Part shown: positions 1 to 13,165 of the stretch, piece by piece
Layout of the letters: each line of letters starts with the position of its first letter
Numbering within the stretch: position 1 is the stretch's first letter
From: Guillardia theta CCMP2712
Lineage: Eukaryota; Protista; Cryptophyta
Assembly: GCF_000315625.1 (NCBI RefSeq)
Contig: NW_005434614.1
Location: 96,412 to 160,411, forward strand
Direction: 5' to 3'
DNA: 64,000 nt
The notes under the pieces: model-generated
Database searches by the model: none
Told to the model about the DNA's origin: nothing
Seen by the model: only the letters and a program-made list of their open reading frames with translations
Translations under genes and position numbers: made by a program

Positions 1-3000
1 CAGCAAAGTAGCCGCATGCTGGGTTAGTGCATGAGGGAGGATGTGAGAGACAAGCAGAGAAACGATCTGTGAAGGCCAAGGGGGATGGGACGTTCGTTGA
101 GGGTGGAGGGAGGAGGTAGGGGGCAAGAAGAAGTTTTTTCACCTGATAGAGGTGGAAGATGTTCACTGAAAGTTCTTCGATGGTCGAGAAGTCCATGAGA
201 CTTCTTACTAGCGGGTCGAGCGGCCCCTCAGATTGCGCCATTGTGATCATGCCGAGCTGTATGCGAGTCAAACCATCTTGAGGAGGAGGAGGAGGAGGAA
301 GAAGAGCAGGAGCAGGAGCAGGAGCAGGGGAAGGAGAGGAGGAGGCGCAGAAGGAGGGGCAGGAGGAGGGGAGCAGGAGCAGGAGGGGGAGCAGGAGGAG
401 GAGGAGGAAGAAGAAGGTTTTGAGGTGATAGAGCTTAGGATGGAAACAAAGCAAGCAAGCAATGGAGGAACGAAGACAATAAAAAGAGAAGGCTGATGGA
501 CAACAGGAAGACGAGTGAGATCGAGCAGGAGAAGGAGAAGGAGGGGGAGAAGGGAGAAGAAGTAGGAGGGGAACAGGAAGGAGGAGAAGGTGAAGGTGGA
601 GGGGAAGAAGAAGCAAGTGGAGGAGGAGGAGAGGGAGAAGGGGAAGGAGATCAACAAGAAGGAGAAGCTGTCGCTCACATTCTTTCTCTCTTCTTCCTCC
701 CTCTTCTTGTTCTTCTCTCGCTCGACCGTCGATATGAACTCATCCAAAAGCACCGCCACGACAATATTCATCAGCACCTAAAAGAGATTGAGAACCCGAT
801 CATGCAAACTTATTCAACTCCTCCTCCTCCTCGTCCTCGTCCTCGTCCTCATCCTCCTCCTCGTCCTCGTCCTCGTCCTCGTCCTCCTCGTCCTCCTCGT
901 CCTCCTCCTCAACCCTCACCCCCTCGATGCCCATGACTCACCACATTGACTATGAGCATGTAGCAAACGAAGAAGATGCCAACCTGCCATGTCTCATCAT
1001 ACGAAGAGAAAGCAAAAGAGCTGCGAGGCGGAGAGAAGAGGAGGAGAATGGCAGATGGAAAAAGAGAAAGAGACGGGGAGGGAGAAACAGAGAAGGGAGA
1101 AGGATGCAAGAGAAAGTAGGGGGGAAGAGGGAAAGGAGGGGAAGCAAATAAAATAGGAGAAGATCGGAGGAATGGAGGGAGGAAGGAAGAGGGAGGGAGG
1201 GAGGGAGGGAGGGAGGGAGGGGGGGAGGGAGGGAGGGGGGGAGGGAGGGAGGGAGGGATGGAGGGAGGGAGGGAGGGAGGGAGTCCCACCCAGGCATTTC
1301 TTCTATGATTTTCGGTGTAGAGGGAACGGGTGACGGCAGAGGCCCAGGAGTCTCCCGTGGCCATTTGAAAGAGGGTGAAGAGAGACTTGAAGAAGGAGCC
1401 GAAGAACTCCTCGTTCAAGTCCCCGAAGAAGTCCGTCGCCATGATGGCGAAGATGGCGGCAACGAGCAGAAGGATGCAGAAGGCGTTGATGACGGGGATG
1501 ACTGTAGAAAGAAGGTGAGAAAGAGGAGCAGGAGCAGGAGGCAGGGAGGGAGGAGTGAGGAGAACGAGGAAGGAGGAGGGAGGAGGTAGGAGTAAGGGAG
1601 GAGGGAAGAATGAGGGAAAGGAGAGGCGAGAGGGAGGAGGATGGGAGAGGAAAAGGGGAGGGAGAATTTATGTGTTGCGCAGGAGCAGGTATTGACCTGA
1701 ACGCGACAAGGCATTGATGAGGACGCGGAAGGAATTGAGCATCCTAGCGGACTTGTCAGGAGAGTTGACCCATGGCTGCGAGGGTGAAGGAGAAGGAGAG
1801 AAGAAAACCTGAAGATTCGAATCATCTTGAAGATTCGGATCAATCGCAGCGAGTTGATGGCTGGGAGACTTTGTACGACCTCCGACAAGAGTGTGATGAC
1901 CACAACGACGAAGTCTGCCAAACATTGAATATCTCATCCTCATCCTCATCCTCATCCTCATCCTCATCACCATCTCTTATCGTGAGTCACCCCTCTGAAC
2001 TCTCCAAAGATTCCAGCTGCCTCATCTCATCTCATCTCATCTCATCTCATCTCATCTCATCTCATCTCATCTCATCTCATCTCATCTCATCTCATCTCAT
2101 CCCATCTCATCCCATCTCATCTCATCTCATCTCACCTAGATCGTTCCAACCGTCCTTGACAAACGGCCAAAACCAGTTGCTCAACAGGTTCATACACAGC
2201 TCCTGCACTCTCCCAGTCAACCACCAACGCCCCAGCTCCCTCCCAGCTCCAGCTCACCACAGTGAAGATGACAAGATACGTGGTCTCCAGGCCGTTGAAA
2301 AACTTCCCGGTCGGCGAGTTGGGGTCGACCTTAGTTTCAGCTGATATGATTGCTGTGATGAAGGAGGCTAGGATGACGAGGGAGAAGAAGATCTGGAGAG
2401 GAAGGCTCGAGAAGACTTCCTTGGTCTTCCGCTGCACCCGCTGAAATCTTGTCTCCGACTGCCTCGTCTTCATCCTCACATACGTCTTGGTCCCTTGCTG
2501 GATCGCAGTGATCTGCCAGGCTGTGAGCAGAGCGAGAAGAGCGGAGGACGAGGACAAACGGAGGGAGAGAGGGAACAAGAGAAGGGGAGGGAGGTGTCAA
2601 ATTTGCTCACCCATCTCATGCTCTCCTCAAGGCTGCTCGCAAGAAACACCGTCGACCTCCCTGAGTTGTGTCCTCCAGGGGCCGTAATAATCACGAAGAT
2701 TCCACTTTCACCGTCCTCCTGCCGTCCTCGTCAGGCTGGGAGCTTGCAACGGGACAAGCTCACGTCCTCCATCTTGAACGTAGAGGCTCGCCTTAGGCTG
2801 CCTCGTGTGGACGGGTTTTGCTTCAGACTCTCCACCTTGATCTCGTCCGCGGGCTGCTTGCTTTGCACGACATCGAGGATTTCATCCAGGGGAATGTAGT
2901 CGATGACGTTGGCACTCCCGGGCCTCCCAATCATCAACTTGCTGCTGGACAGAACAACCTTCCTCGACTGCCAGGTGTCGCCGAGGGAGCTGCGGGACTT

Positions 3001-3167
3001 TCAGCATGGCGCAAGTTGCACGTCAACTCGGCGTACCTCATAACCTGCCGCTGTAACTCCCCGACCATGATCACGTCCTCGTCGCTGGGAAACATCTCGA
3101 CATCGTACACCTCAGCCTCCTTCGCACGACGCCGGCCTCTCCTCGTCCCTATATACGCAGCAGCCAT
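1..3167 (-). CDS. Single-domain (6-TM) voltage-gated cation channel of BacNav/EukCat/CatSper type with an N-terminal PH-like domain; multi-exon; 3' end runs off the window
   Basis: Exons read S1 LQIFFSLVILASFITAII, S2 LETTYLVIFT, S3 DFVVVVITLLS, S4 SLRLIRIFKMIRIF..RMLNSFRVLI, pore FFKSLFTLFQMATGDSWAS and S6 IFFVCYMLIVNV-LMNIVVAVLLDEF. PH-like N-terminus: VIMVGELQRQ..IDYIPLDEI..GRSTVFLASSLEESMRWV. The start codon is uncertain (3167 or further upstream). Confidence 0.88.
2022..2133. repeat. (TCTCA)n microsatellite in a channel-gene intron
   Basis: About 22 directly visible pentamer copies. Confidence 0.95.
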
Positions 3168-4211
3168 TCTCCTCCCAGTTGATTTCACGCAGCACTCTGT
3201 TCTCGCTTTAGTTCAGTTTCTTCATGGACACTGCCGATCTGCCCGCACTTGGCAACACTGTAAGACGAAACAACCATCAATGAATGCACAATGCGAGAAG
3301 AGAAAATTAATCTATATCTTGCGGTTCTAGCGCCCATGAATATCGATATGTTCGAAGACTCTTTCTCGTCATTGTATTCTATTACTCCATCTATGATCAA
3401 CTCATACGTGTGATATCATTGGCCATACAGCAGTAAGCACAGCAGGGGATCGAGGGAGAGGAAAAACATCTAAAGTTGAAATAAAGGAAAATCGATCGAG
3501 GTGCAATGGCGCTTCATCTCAAATCAGACAACTCCAACATGCTGACAAAAAGCGTCACGGAGTCCGTGAATTGACTGGAACTTCACATTCATCCTGCCCA
3601 TGAACAACTCTGGAGACAGAAACCTGATGAGCAGAAGGTGAGGGAACAGAGGACTATCATGAGGGAGGATTCTGCGCGACATGCGGTGGTGCCGCGTCAA
3701 TCGATGCCCTCCTTGTAAAGTGCATTTCATGCACACTCATCGAACGATACTTGATACCACCCCACCCCCTAGACCTTCCACCTCCCCGTTCTGTGACACC
3801 ATCTCCCTACTCAGAACCTACCCCACCCTCCAATTCTCTATCTCATAACCCCTACTTTGAACACACCCTGTGACTACCCCACCCTACCTCCTCCGTCAAA
3901 CAGTACCCCACCCCCCATTCTCAAAAAGTTATCTTCTCACTTTACGTGTATACCCTGTACGACCAACCCCGGCAAGATGTCACTAGTACCGGTGTCATCA
4001 GGGGCAAATCAGGGGGTCCTGTCGGATCCTCAGTCAACAATTTACTCTCTGGGAAGTTAACAGGTAGTGACCCCTTGGGCAAAAGTGGAGTGAAAACATG
4101 TGGAAATTGGGGGTGGTCGAACATGAACCGAACAGTTGAACGGAGGGGGGTCCATCGGTTGGTACGGTGGCCCCCCCCCGGCAAGTTCAGTACTGGCTGC
4201 TGTATCTTTTG

Positions 4212-4239
4212 TTTACTCAAAGTTAAGTTAAAAATCAGT
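4212..4239 (+). repeat. Copy 1 of dispersed intergenic motif TTTACTCAAAGTTAAGTTAAAAATCAGT
   Basis: Near-identical to 12797-12838 (minus) and 17012-17055 (plus). Confidence 0.85.
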
Positions 4240-4794
4240 GTGGCTGCTGAGTGCTCCGAGCGGCTCAGGGCCCGGGGACTCGGAGGCTCAGGCTCGTACT
4301 CAGTTTGCGCGTCACAGTGACGACTCCGGCGGCCTGGCGGCCCGCCGGGCGCCGGACAGACCAGACTGGCCGGGGCACCGAGCGTGATCGTGTCGAACAG
4401 TGACTCATCAGGCCCGGCCTCTGCTCGCCGTACCGGCGTGACAAAGTCACTGGCATCAGTGGGCACAGTGGGCACTGCCCGGCCGCAGGCTCAGCTGCAC
4501 CGGGCCGGCGCGCCGGGATTGGTTAGCTGTGAAGGTTAGGAGTTGCTAGCTACGAAGTTTCCACTGGGCGCATGTCCGTATCAGATGCCGCAAGGCGGAG
4601 GAGAGGGCGAGGAAGAAGAAGAGAGGAGGGAGGAGGGAGGAGGAGGGAAGTAAGTAAGTAAGAAGAAAGTTTCGGATGCAAACTCTTCGTAAGACGAAGA
4701 AATTCCCACAAGACCACAGCACAAACCACATGTCTAGCGACCGAGACACGCGGAATGATCAAGGAAGTCGTGAGGATCCAGAGGCAGAGCTGAG

Positions 4795-7700
4795 ATGAAA
4801 CGGTTTCATCTCTTGTGCACGACAGGGTTGCTGAGGTACCGCCGTCCAGTACCCCGCATCTCAATGTGTTATGCTTTGACACGATTACCAGGTGCAACTC
4901 TACATGGAGTCTGTTTCCCTTCTTTGTGATCGTCCTCAGCAACATCGATTGCTTTGACGTTCAATCTGACCATCCTGCATGGTTGCACGCTCCAGTAGCT
5001 GCCCATGGATTGTTGTCTTTGAGAGCGCAACGGCTAAGAGGAGGGTCGGGTCAGCCCGGCAGACGATACTTCGGGCACATAGACGAGCTGAATGATGGCA
5101 AAGATGCGCAGGAGCTGTCAGAGCATGAGGAAGAGGAATCGTCAGGATTCAAAGAGGCGTTGGAGTACTGGAAGAAGTCCGACCTTCGGGTCATGGCCTG
5201 GGGGATAGGGATCGAAGGGAGGATGGGGGATGGGACCCATCGGGACAGCTACAGGCCGAGGTGCACGCTGGTCAATGGGAGTGTGCTGCAGGTGATGCGA
5301 TACCTTGCCCTCCCTGTCTTCAACCGCTGTGAGCTCAACTCGGACCCGCAGGTTTCTGCAGGAGACTTTCACTCGTTGGCGTTGAAGAAGGACGGCAGTG
5401 TAGTGTCCTGGTACGTCCTAGCACGATGGGGATGAAGCATCTCTTGATGACGCTGTTGATGGTAGGGGGAGCAACTTGCAAGGGCAGCTGGGGGACGCAA
5501 CTTTCAACTACAGCGCTGTGCCTCGTGAAGTATGGAGACGAGCTTCCCCACCTACGAAGTTGACTGAGTAGACTGAGGTGGTGGTGGCAGGTTGTGGGAC
5601 TGGATTCCTCCATCGTGATGGTGGCAGGCGGAGGAGCTCACTCTCTCGCACTCTCTTGTGATGGGTGTGTCTACGCGTGGGGAGCCAACACGTCAGGACA
5701 GGCGAGCGAGATGCTTTCTCGGCTGAGTGTGACGACCTTCGGCCCAGGTGGGACAAACGATCTTTGGCGAGAATGTCAAGGGAGGAAGAGGACGTCAAGG
5801 AGGAGCTGTTGAGGCAGAGCTCAGTGTCGAGGACGCCTTCACGATAAGATATGCGCCCAGCGACGAGGTTCGAGAACTGAGCGACATGGCGGTGAAATGG
5901 TCAATGTGACGTCTGTTCACAGATACCTGTCCCCGTGATCCCGAAGCTGCTCTCAGAAGGAGTCATGCAGGTTGCAGCAGGTAACCGACACTCCCTCGCA
6001 CTCATGGCAGACGGGCGAGTCTTCGCATGGGGCCAGAACGTCTTCGGGCAGCTGGGGATCGGAAAGAACTTCACTCGTCCGGAAGGGATGGTGGAGCAGG
6101 ACGAGGAAAATCCGACGGGAGTGAAGTGGCGCCCCTACATCTTCGAGAGTCTGCCGATGCGAGTCCGATTCCCTCGGAATCTCCGAGCGCCGGTAGAGGA
6201 GGAGTGGAGTAGAGGAGCCAAGAGGATAAGGAGGACGCGGGGGAGTGGGGGTGGACTTGGAGGAAGAGCACGGCGGGTGGAGGAGGGAGGTAGTGATGGG
6301 TGAGAGGAGATAGAGAGGACGACTTCACTACCTCCTTCCTGGCTCATAACTTGTTCTTGGACCTCCAAGGTGATCTCGGTAGCAGCTGGAGGGTCGCACT
6401 CTCTCGCTCTGCTGCAGGATGGGACGGTACGAAGACCCCAGCTGACCTCGATCAGGGGACGGGGATTGACGATTGAGGGACAGGTCATGTCCTGGGGAAG
6501 CAACGACCATGGGCAGCTTGGAAACGGCAAGTTCACGGCCCTGCTGGGGATGGGAGAGTGGCACGACGCCCTTATCCCCACAGAGAGTCTGGTGAGGGAG
6601 GAGGTGGTGGATGTGTGTGCTGGGTACCAGCACTCCCTGGCGCTTCTCAAGGATGGGAGAGTGATGGCGTGGGGATCCAACGAGGTGAAACATGCTGAAT
6701 TCTGTTGAGCCTGTCTACTCTCCCCTGCCTTCCCCCTCTCCTCCAGCTGCTGCTCTCCGACTCGCTCTCCATCCCTCCTTCCTCCCTCTCCTCCATCCTA
6801 ACCCTGATCTCTCCTTCCTCCCTCTCCTCCATCCTAACCCTGATCTCTCCTTCACATCCTCAGGCGGGGCAGCTGGGTGTGGACGACGAGCACGAGGTCC
6901 TGTCCTCTTCGTCCCTTTCTCCTTGTGATTTAGAGGCAGGACATCTGGATGCACTGCAACGGAGTCACTTTCAGCCCTCGCCCGGTCCTCGTCCAAGGGC
7001 TTCCGGCCCGCGTTGTGCAGGTGGCCGCGGGTTTCGCTTCCTCCTTGGCGGTGCTGGAGGATGGGAGGGTGTTCTCGTGGGGAGCCAACTACGACGGTCA
7101 ACTGGGGAACGGGAGCAGGTCAGAGCAGCCGAGGTTTCCCCTCAAGATCCCCTCCATCCCGAAAGGACAAGTCACCGACTTCCAGCCTCTCACCGCAACC
7201 AACAGCATCAAGATACCAGGCTCATCTCGTCCTCAGCCCGTGCTGGACATTTTCCATCCCCCAGAGGAAATTCCTCCCCCCAGCCGGTTGGTGGTACGGG
7301 CAGACGCCGGCAGCAGCCATTGCGTCGCGCTGGTACCGGCAGAGCTCCTGTCGGCCCTGGGAGACAAGGCGGGGAGAGGTCCCGAGGAGTATGACTGGGA
7401 CGAGGCGATGCGGTTGGAGGAGACTTTACTGGACATGTATGACTCCTTTCCGGACAACTGGATCAACGCCTCCGAGCTCAAGAAACGGTGGGGTAAACGC
7501 TCCTGCTGCCCTTCCCACCTCCCCGTCCCCTCCCGCCCCCAATTGCGTATTCCTCTCCTCCTGATGCTTCTTTGCCTTGCCCTTGCGTCACCTCTCCTTC
7601 TTGTGCTTGCCTCTGGGTACTCTACCTCATCTTCCCTCTAGCTCCTCCTGTCCCCTCTCTGCTCAGGCGTATTCTTGCTTCCTTCCCCCCCGTCACTGTG

Positions 7701-10696
7701 CCCCAGATTCCCAAAGTTCGACTTCGAGCCGGGCGAGCTCAGACCTGCAGATCATATCGACTGCTTCGAGACCATCCGATGGGGGCCCGAGAAAACTGCG
7801 GGAGACTGGCGGGTGAGCGAGAAGAGATGGAGACGGGCAGGGGCAGGAGCAGAGGCTGAGTAGAGAAAAGGGGCTGCGTAGGCGCAGGGGCAGGGAGAGG
7901 AGGAGGAGGAGGAGCAGTAGCAGCAAGAGTTTTGTTGTTGACTTTACACCTGACGCATCCGCAGATTGAAATTCTTCCAAATCTTGACATTGTCGAAGAG
8001 GAAGACTCAACCGAACCCAACATCACCTACACAAGTAAGTAGCTTCTGCCAAGCTTTGAAGTGAGGCAGCAGGAGGCAAGAGGAAGTGAAGTGAAGATGT
8101 AGATGAGAAGGATAGAGGAAAAGGAGCGAGAACGAGATGGAGGAGGAGAGAATGGAAAGGAGGCGGCTGAGAGAGGCAAAGTTACCCTCTAACAAGAATC
8201 CCAGCTTTCAAATGGAAGAACATCACGAAGGAGGAGGCGGAGAGAGCTCGCATGAAATTTCCCCAACAATATCGACTGGGCTACGGCACCTCTGCTCCTC
8301 CTCCTGAGATGGTACAGGAGTTCCTCGATGCGGCGAGGGCCGCGTGCGACCGGCGGCAGCAATCGACGTTGACAGGAGGGTCCAAGGAGTACAAGGAGCT
8401 GCAAGACGAAATCCGCGGCCTGATCCTCAAGTTGTGCCGGGACTACTGGAGGCGAGCGGCAAACAACGCGGCGGAAGACTTCGAGATGGACCTCGGAGAA
8501 GGGAAGTTCGAGGAGGCGAGGCAGTGGGCAAGGGAGGAGAGAGATGCATGGAGGAAGCTGGCCATATGGGAGGATAGGAGCGTTGAGAAGTGGGGGGAGT
8601 GGGAGCAATTCAGGATGTTCCAGGATGCTGAGGATGAGCCGGGAAGAGCGTGCGAGGCAAAGTTGAAGCGGGTGGATCAGTCAAAGGAGGAGCTCAAGAT
8701 CCAGGAGGAGGAGGAGGAGGCCAAGAAGCTGGAAGAGCAGGAAAAGGCTTCAAAGCATTTTTGTCTTCGGTGAGGACGAAAGATCTCGACGGCTGCGCAC
8801 TGACTGCAAGGAAGCATTGAAGGCGACAAGTTGAAGATCAACTTGCCCAAGTACAAACCCACAGACCCCATCCTCCGCAAATCCATTAGGTACGCAACCG
8901 CTCTCCACTTCCTCCCTCGCTCCCCTGCTTCTTCCTTCCTCCCCCCCCCCTCCTCCTCCCTCCTGCTCGGCCCATTGACTGTCTGAGAGCAGCGGGAACC
9001 CGCTGGGCACGACGACGGTGAAACTGCTCGAGGCAAACATGATGCTGAACGATTGCGTGTAGATGTATGTCCCTGCAGGATCCTCGTGCGAGTGGTTCAT
9101 AAGGAGAGTGAGGCGGGTGATACAGGACGAGGGCGCGAAGGTGTTCTTGAACGGCAGGCTCCTCCTTCCCGACAACGAAGACTTCAAGTACATCACCGAG
9201 ATGAGGTACGAGAGGGAGCTCGACCGGCCGCACTTCGACGAGCCGGGGCCCTTCAACTTCACCATCCTCAGCCTCAAGTGGTTGAGGAGGATGGGCGTAA
9301 TGGGGGACGGGGTATCCCGCTCGCAGGACGTCTGGGTCGACTGCATCGAGCCCTGCCATGCTCACTTCGAAGGAGGGTCACTGGTGCAGCTTCACGGGTA
9401 CAACTTCGACAATGAGAGCGTCTGGCATGTTCTCCTGGGCTCCATCGAAGAGGCAAGTCCACCGTTTGCTCGCTTCCTCTTTACTGTTCGTTTCCTGCCC
9501 AGATCGCCTCCTCCTCCGGCCGACCGCAAACCTTCCAGGTCCCCCCCCCTGCGTCCTCCCAGCCTCTCTCCTCATCCTCCTCCAGAGACTTTGTTTTGCT
9601 ACCTCCAAGACCCTAGTGTGGAGGACGGAAGCCCACCAAGAGGCAAGCAGGACCCCTCCCTCGCTCCCTTCTCACCTCAACCCAGGGGTGGGTCGATGTG
9701 CAAGTGTTCAGGAACGGGAAGAGAGTAGCATACATAGAGCAAGGTTGGGAGGACAAGAGTCTCTCTGCTCGCACGTGAACTCAGTGCGCAGGCCTTGAGT
9801 TCATCGACCAGGATGACGTCAACAAGTACTCCCTTCCCATCCCCGTCCGGTCCTATCACCCAGCAGCATGGGGACCGAATGAGTCACACTGGTCGCAGGT
9901 ACCTCGGATCCTCCCTCGACCTTCGCGCTCGTCTGGTGCTGGAGGCCAGGGCTGAAGTGCTCAACTTCGTGGTCAAGTCCGTCCTCGACTCCCCTGCCAA
10001 CCCACCCACGGCTGACTGCCTGTAGCTACCGGTACTGCATGCTCACGATGGGCAAGGAGGAGTACAAGCGATCCATCTCCTCTCGGTCTTGTTGGTCGTC
10101 TTGCCGTGCCCCCTGTGCTGATCGACTTGCTCAGCCTCTGGGAGCTCCTCTACGTCGACCCTAGCTGCAAGGATAGCTGGGCCTTTGTTGGCAGGTTGTG
10201 CAGGTTGATCTTGGGCGACGAGGCCCTTGCGCAGAGGCAAGGAGGAGCTCTGAAGGTGTTCGCTCCTTACCCGATCACGCAGGGCGGAAGAAGAGTGCGG
10301 AGTAGACTTCCATCTTCCTCCGGACCTGGATCCGGACAAGATCAAGCTGAGCGACTTTGAAGACATCGTGAAGGTCAGAGCCCCCAGCTCGCTTCCTGCT
10401 CCCCTCTAGCTCACTCGCTCTCCTTCAGGAGTTCTTGTGCTGCCTGCCAGAAGAGATGGCGGACAAGATTCACGTCAAGAACATGGTAAATAGCGCAAAG
10501 GCTCTTTCTCGCACTCACAACAAGGTTCAGCCCCACCCCATGTTCCCAAAGGACAACAAGACATCCAGGTGACACCACGCATCTGATGTGTTCCTCTCCT
10601 GACGAGGAGGCTGTGACGGTCAGGAGGGACACAGAGCAGAAGCGCACAGAAGCCGAGGAGGAGAGTGAAGATGAAGAAGATTCTGATGATTCGTAA
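4795..10696 (+). CDS. Large RCC1-repeat protein with a C-terminal IPT/TIG-like domain and a possible N-terminal targeting presequence; multi-exon; could be two genes
   Basis: Repeats include [96 protein letters not shown] and [32 protein letters not shown]-like segment [27 protein letters not shown] 4795 and stop 10694-10696 were inferred by splicing. Confidence 0.8.
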
Positions 10697-10962
10697 GCTT
10701 TTCAACTACCCTCCCATCGCTGACAATTCCTCGCAAGCTTGAAAGATCACTGGGACTTCGAGCATAACTTGCCTCTCCCACAGCTGCCGTTCGAGGACGA
10801 GCCAGAGTCGGTGACTTCAGATTGAAGCAGCACTCTGAAGAATAATGAAATGTACGGGAGAGGGAAGATGTCAGGGAATGTGAGGAAAAACAAAAATGCA
10901 GTACAAACAATCATTCATTATTTAGCTTAGTTTACATCTACTTCTCACAAGTTAAAATCAAA

Positions 10963-11382
10963 TCACTTCTCCGGAGACCAGTTCGCTTGGATGTACTTGT
11001 CGAACTCCTCGCAGTTCTCGTCATCGCTGGAGTCTTGCATAACAAGGGATGCTAGCCTGTTCTTGAGCGCGTTCATCTCCAGGGTGTTCTTGGAGACCGG
11101 GCGCACAGCCTTCAACCCGATCGATCCTCGGTTCTTGGTGCTCCGAAGCATAGGCGCAGAGGAGTCCTTGAGCGCCTGGTTGGTGCCATCGCCCTTGAAG
11201 CCTCCAGCCTCGCTCCCGTCCGAGGATCTGAAGTCCTTGCTAGAATCGGCTGAAGCCCCTTGGAACTGCTCTTCTTGGATGGCTTCCTCAAAGAACAGCG
11301 CGAGGTTCTGCTTCGAAGAGACAGGAGAAATGCATGGAGAAGCCCCAAAGAAATCATCGAAAACATTCTTTGTTGCGGACAT
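10963..11382 (-). CDS. Hypothetical 139-aa intronless protein
   Basis: Clean ORF with host-like codon usage, convergent with the RCC1 gene. A TATAAAA lies on the minus strand at about 11610-11616. No recognisable domain. Confidence 0.6.
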   Translation of the reverse strand: MSATKNVFDDFFGASPCISPVSSKQNLALFFEEAIQEEQFQGASADSSKDFRSSDGSEAGGFKGDGTNQALKDSSAPMLRSTKNRGSIGLKAVRPVSKNTLEMNALKNRLASLVMQDSSDDENCEEFDKYIQANWSPEK

Positions 11383-12796
11383 TTTCGGTTCGCCCTGAGA
11401 AACTTTTGAGTCTAGCTGCTCCGTCTTTCCTGCTTTTCCAGTACTGGTGCTCGGCTCCGGCTTTCTCCTTCACTCTGTTTCACTCTGTGTGTCCTCCTGT
11501 AAGTATGGTTCAACGCTCAAGTCTGAGATTCCTTTGCTCTGGTTGACGCGTCTCTCTCGCTCGCGCTGGTCGTCTGCCACTTGCTTGCTTTTGCTCCTGG
11601 CTCTGCTTGTTTTATAGAGGAACCGGAGGGGGGCTATGACCACCGGTCTACCTCAGCCGCACGCGTACATAAATGAAGGGGTAGGGTAATATGGAGGGAA
11701 TTTCCCATCTAAAGCTTTTTACGGTGGGGTAGTATGTCAGAGGGGGGTGGTATCCGAGAACATCTAGAAATTTCTGGGTGAAGGAGACGGTAGGGTAGGA
11801 AGGACATGGAGAGATGTGGGGTTCTTTCATAGAGAAAACGGTGGTAGGGGTACCATAAACTTGAATCATTGTATGGGTAGTGTGCCTTGAAAGTTACGAG
11901 ATGGGTGGGTGGTATCCTACACACGGGTGGGGCGTGAAAGGGGGCAGAAGGAATCACGTTACCAGACGCAGGGAAATTAAAACTCTTTTAACTCATTTCA
12001 AGGTCAGGGAATTTTTGATAATTTAGTTTCAAATTTGAGAGGGCAGGAAAGAGGAAAAATTGTAAATCGATACGGAGCGTTTGGCCTGAAACGTTCGGGT
12101 TTATGATCTCTTGCTTGCTACATTGTTTTAAATTTTAGAAGTCCTCATTTGCGACTGAGTACCGGTGGTTTTATGCCCTGATGATAGTACCACCCTGAAT
12201 GTATCAAAAAAAGAAATGTCAGCAAAGGGTCGAAACTGAAAAAAAGGATTACACCTGGATTTAAGGGGAGGGATGTGGAGAAGGGGGTGATCAGAGTCTG
12301 TTTTGATGGGATTTTTATGGGTGGGATAAACGTAACCACCGGTAGACTCTAGAAACACCTTGGCTTCCGTCTGTTAAATTACTACCCCTTCTTTTCACCG
12401 TTTTAGGTATGTACCGGTCCATCGACCTCAGCTTGTCACAGATCTGGTCTGTGATTACAGCATGTCGCCTAATGGCGCGGCAGACTATGACCGGTACTTT
12501 TGACTTCAAAAGGTATGATGGGGTCATTCTATCCCGTCCTGGTACAAGGGGATCACTGACCCTCAGATTCGAAACGTTTCGATTTTGACTCTTGCCCTAA
12601 CTTAAAATGGACATTTTTCCTTAATGACAAGCCTGGGGGCGGGCCGCCACCGAGTCCGGGAGTCCGACGACTCGACTCGACTCGCTGAGTCGGTCTCGGA
12701 CAACGCCGCGCCGCCACCGTACCGCCCGGCCCAGCGGGCGCCGGGCCCGCAGTGACTTAGGTGGCTAACTCACCGTGCGGTTTATCAGACCGTACC

Positions 12797-12838
12797 GTGA
12801 TTGTCCTCGTACTGCTTTTTAACTTAACTTTGAGTAAA
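12797..12838 (-). repeat. Copy 2 of dispersed intergenic motif
   Basis: Reverse complement reads TTTACTCAAAGTTAAGTTAAAAAGCAGTACGAGGACAATCAC. Confidence 0.85.
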
Positions 12839-13165
12839 GTCCTACCGTACGGTAAGTCTTTCAGTAAAGAAGTCCTGGCACCGCGCCGGCCAGAGTCGAG
12901 TCCGGGAACGGGCCGCGGCCCGGCATCATGCCGGCGATGAGCCGCCCGCAACCGTGACGCAGCCTCGCCTCCGCCAGCCGCTTTATCAACTCGAGCTTTT
13001 GAACTCGGGATCCTACCGAGAGGTAGATTTTATTGTGACTAACATACGATATTCTTACTGATAGCAATGGTACTCTCACGTTTATATGGGGTGGAAAATT
13101 CCACTCACCGTGGCACTCTATATATTTTATTTCAACTTACCGTCATTTTAGCTAAGATCGTAGCA

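Noticed and set aside
233-1700. Many ORF-track entries rich in poly-P/S/E/G/R here and throughout the window
   Set aside because: They are translations of GA/CT low-complexity introns or antisense shadows of real exons.
11960-12625. AT-rich block as a possible MITE
   Set aside because: Only weak end-to-end similarity and isolated palindromes; no convincing TIR or TSD.
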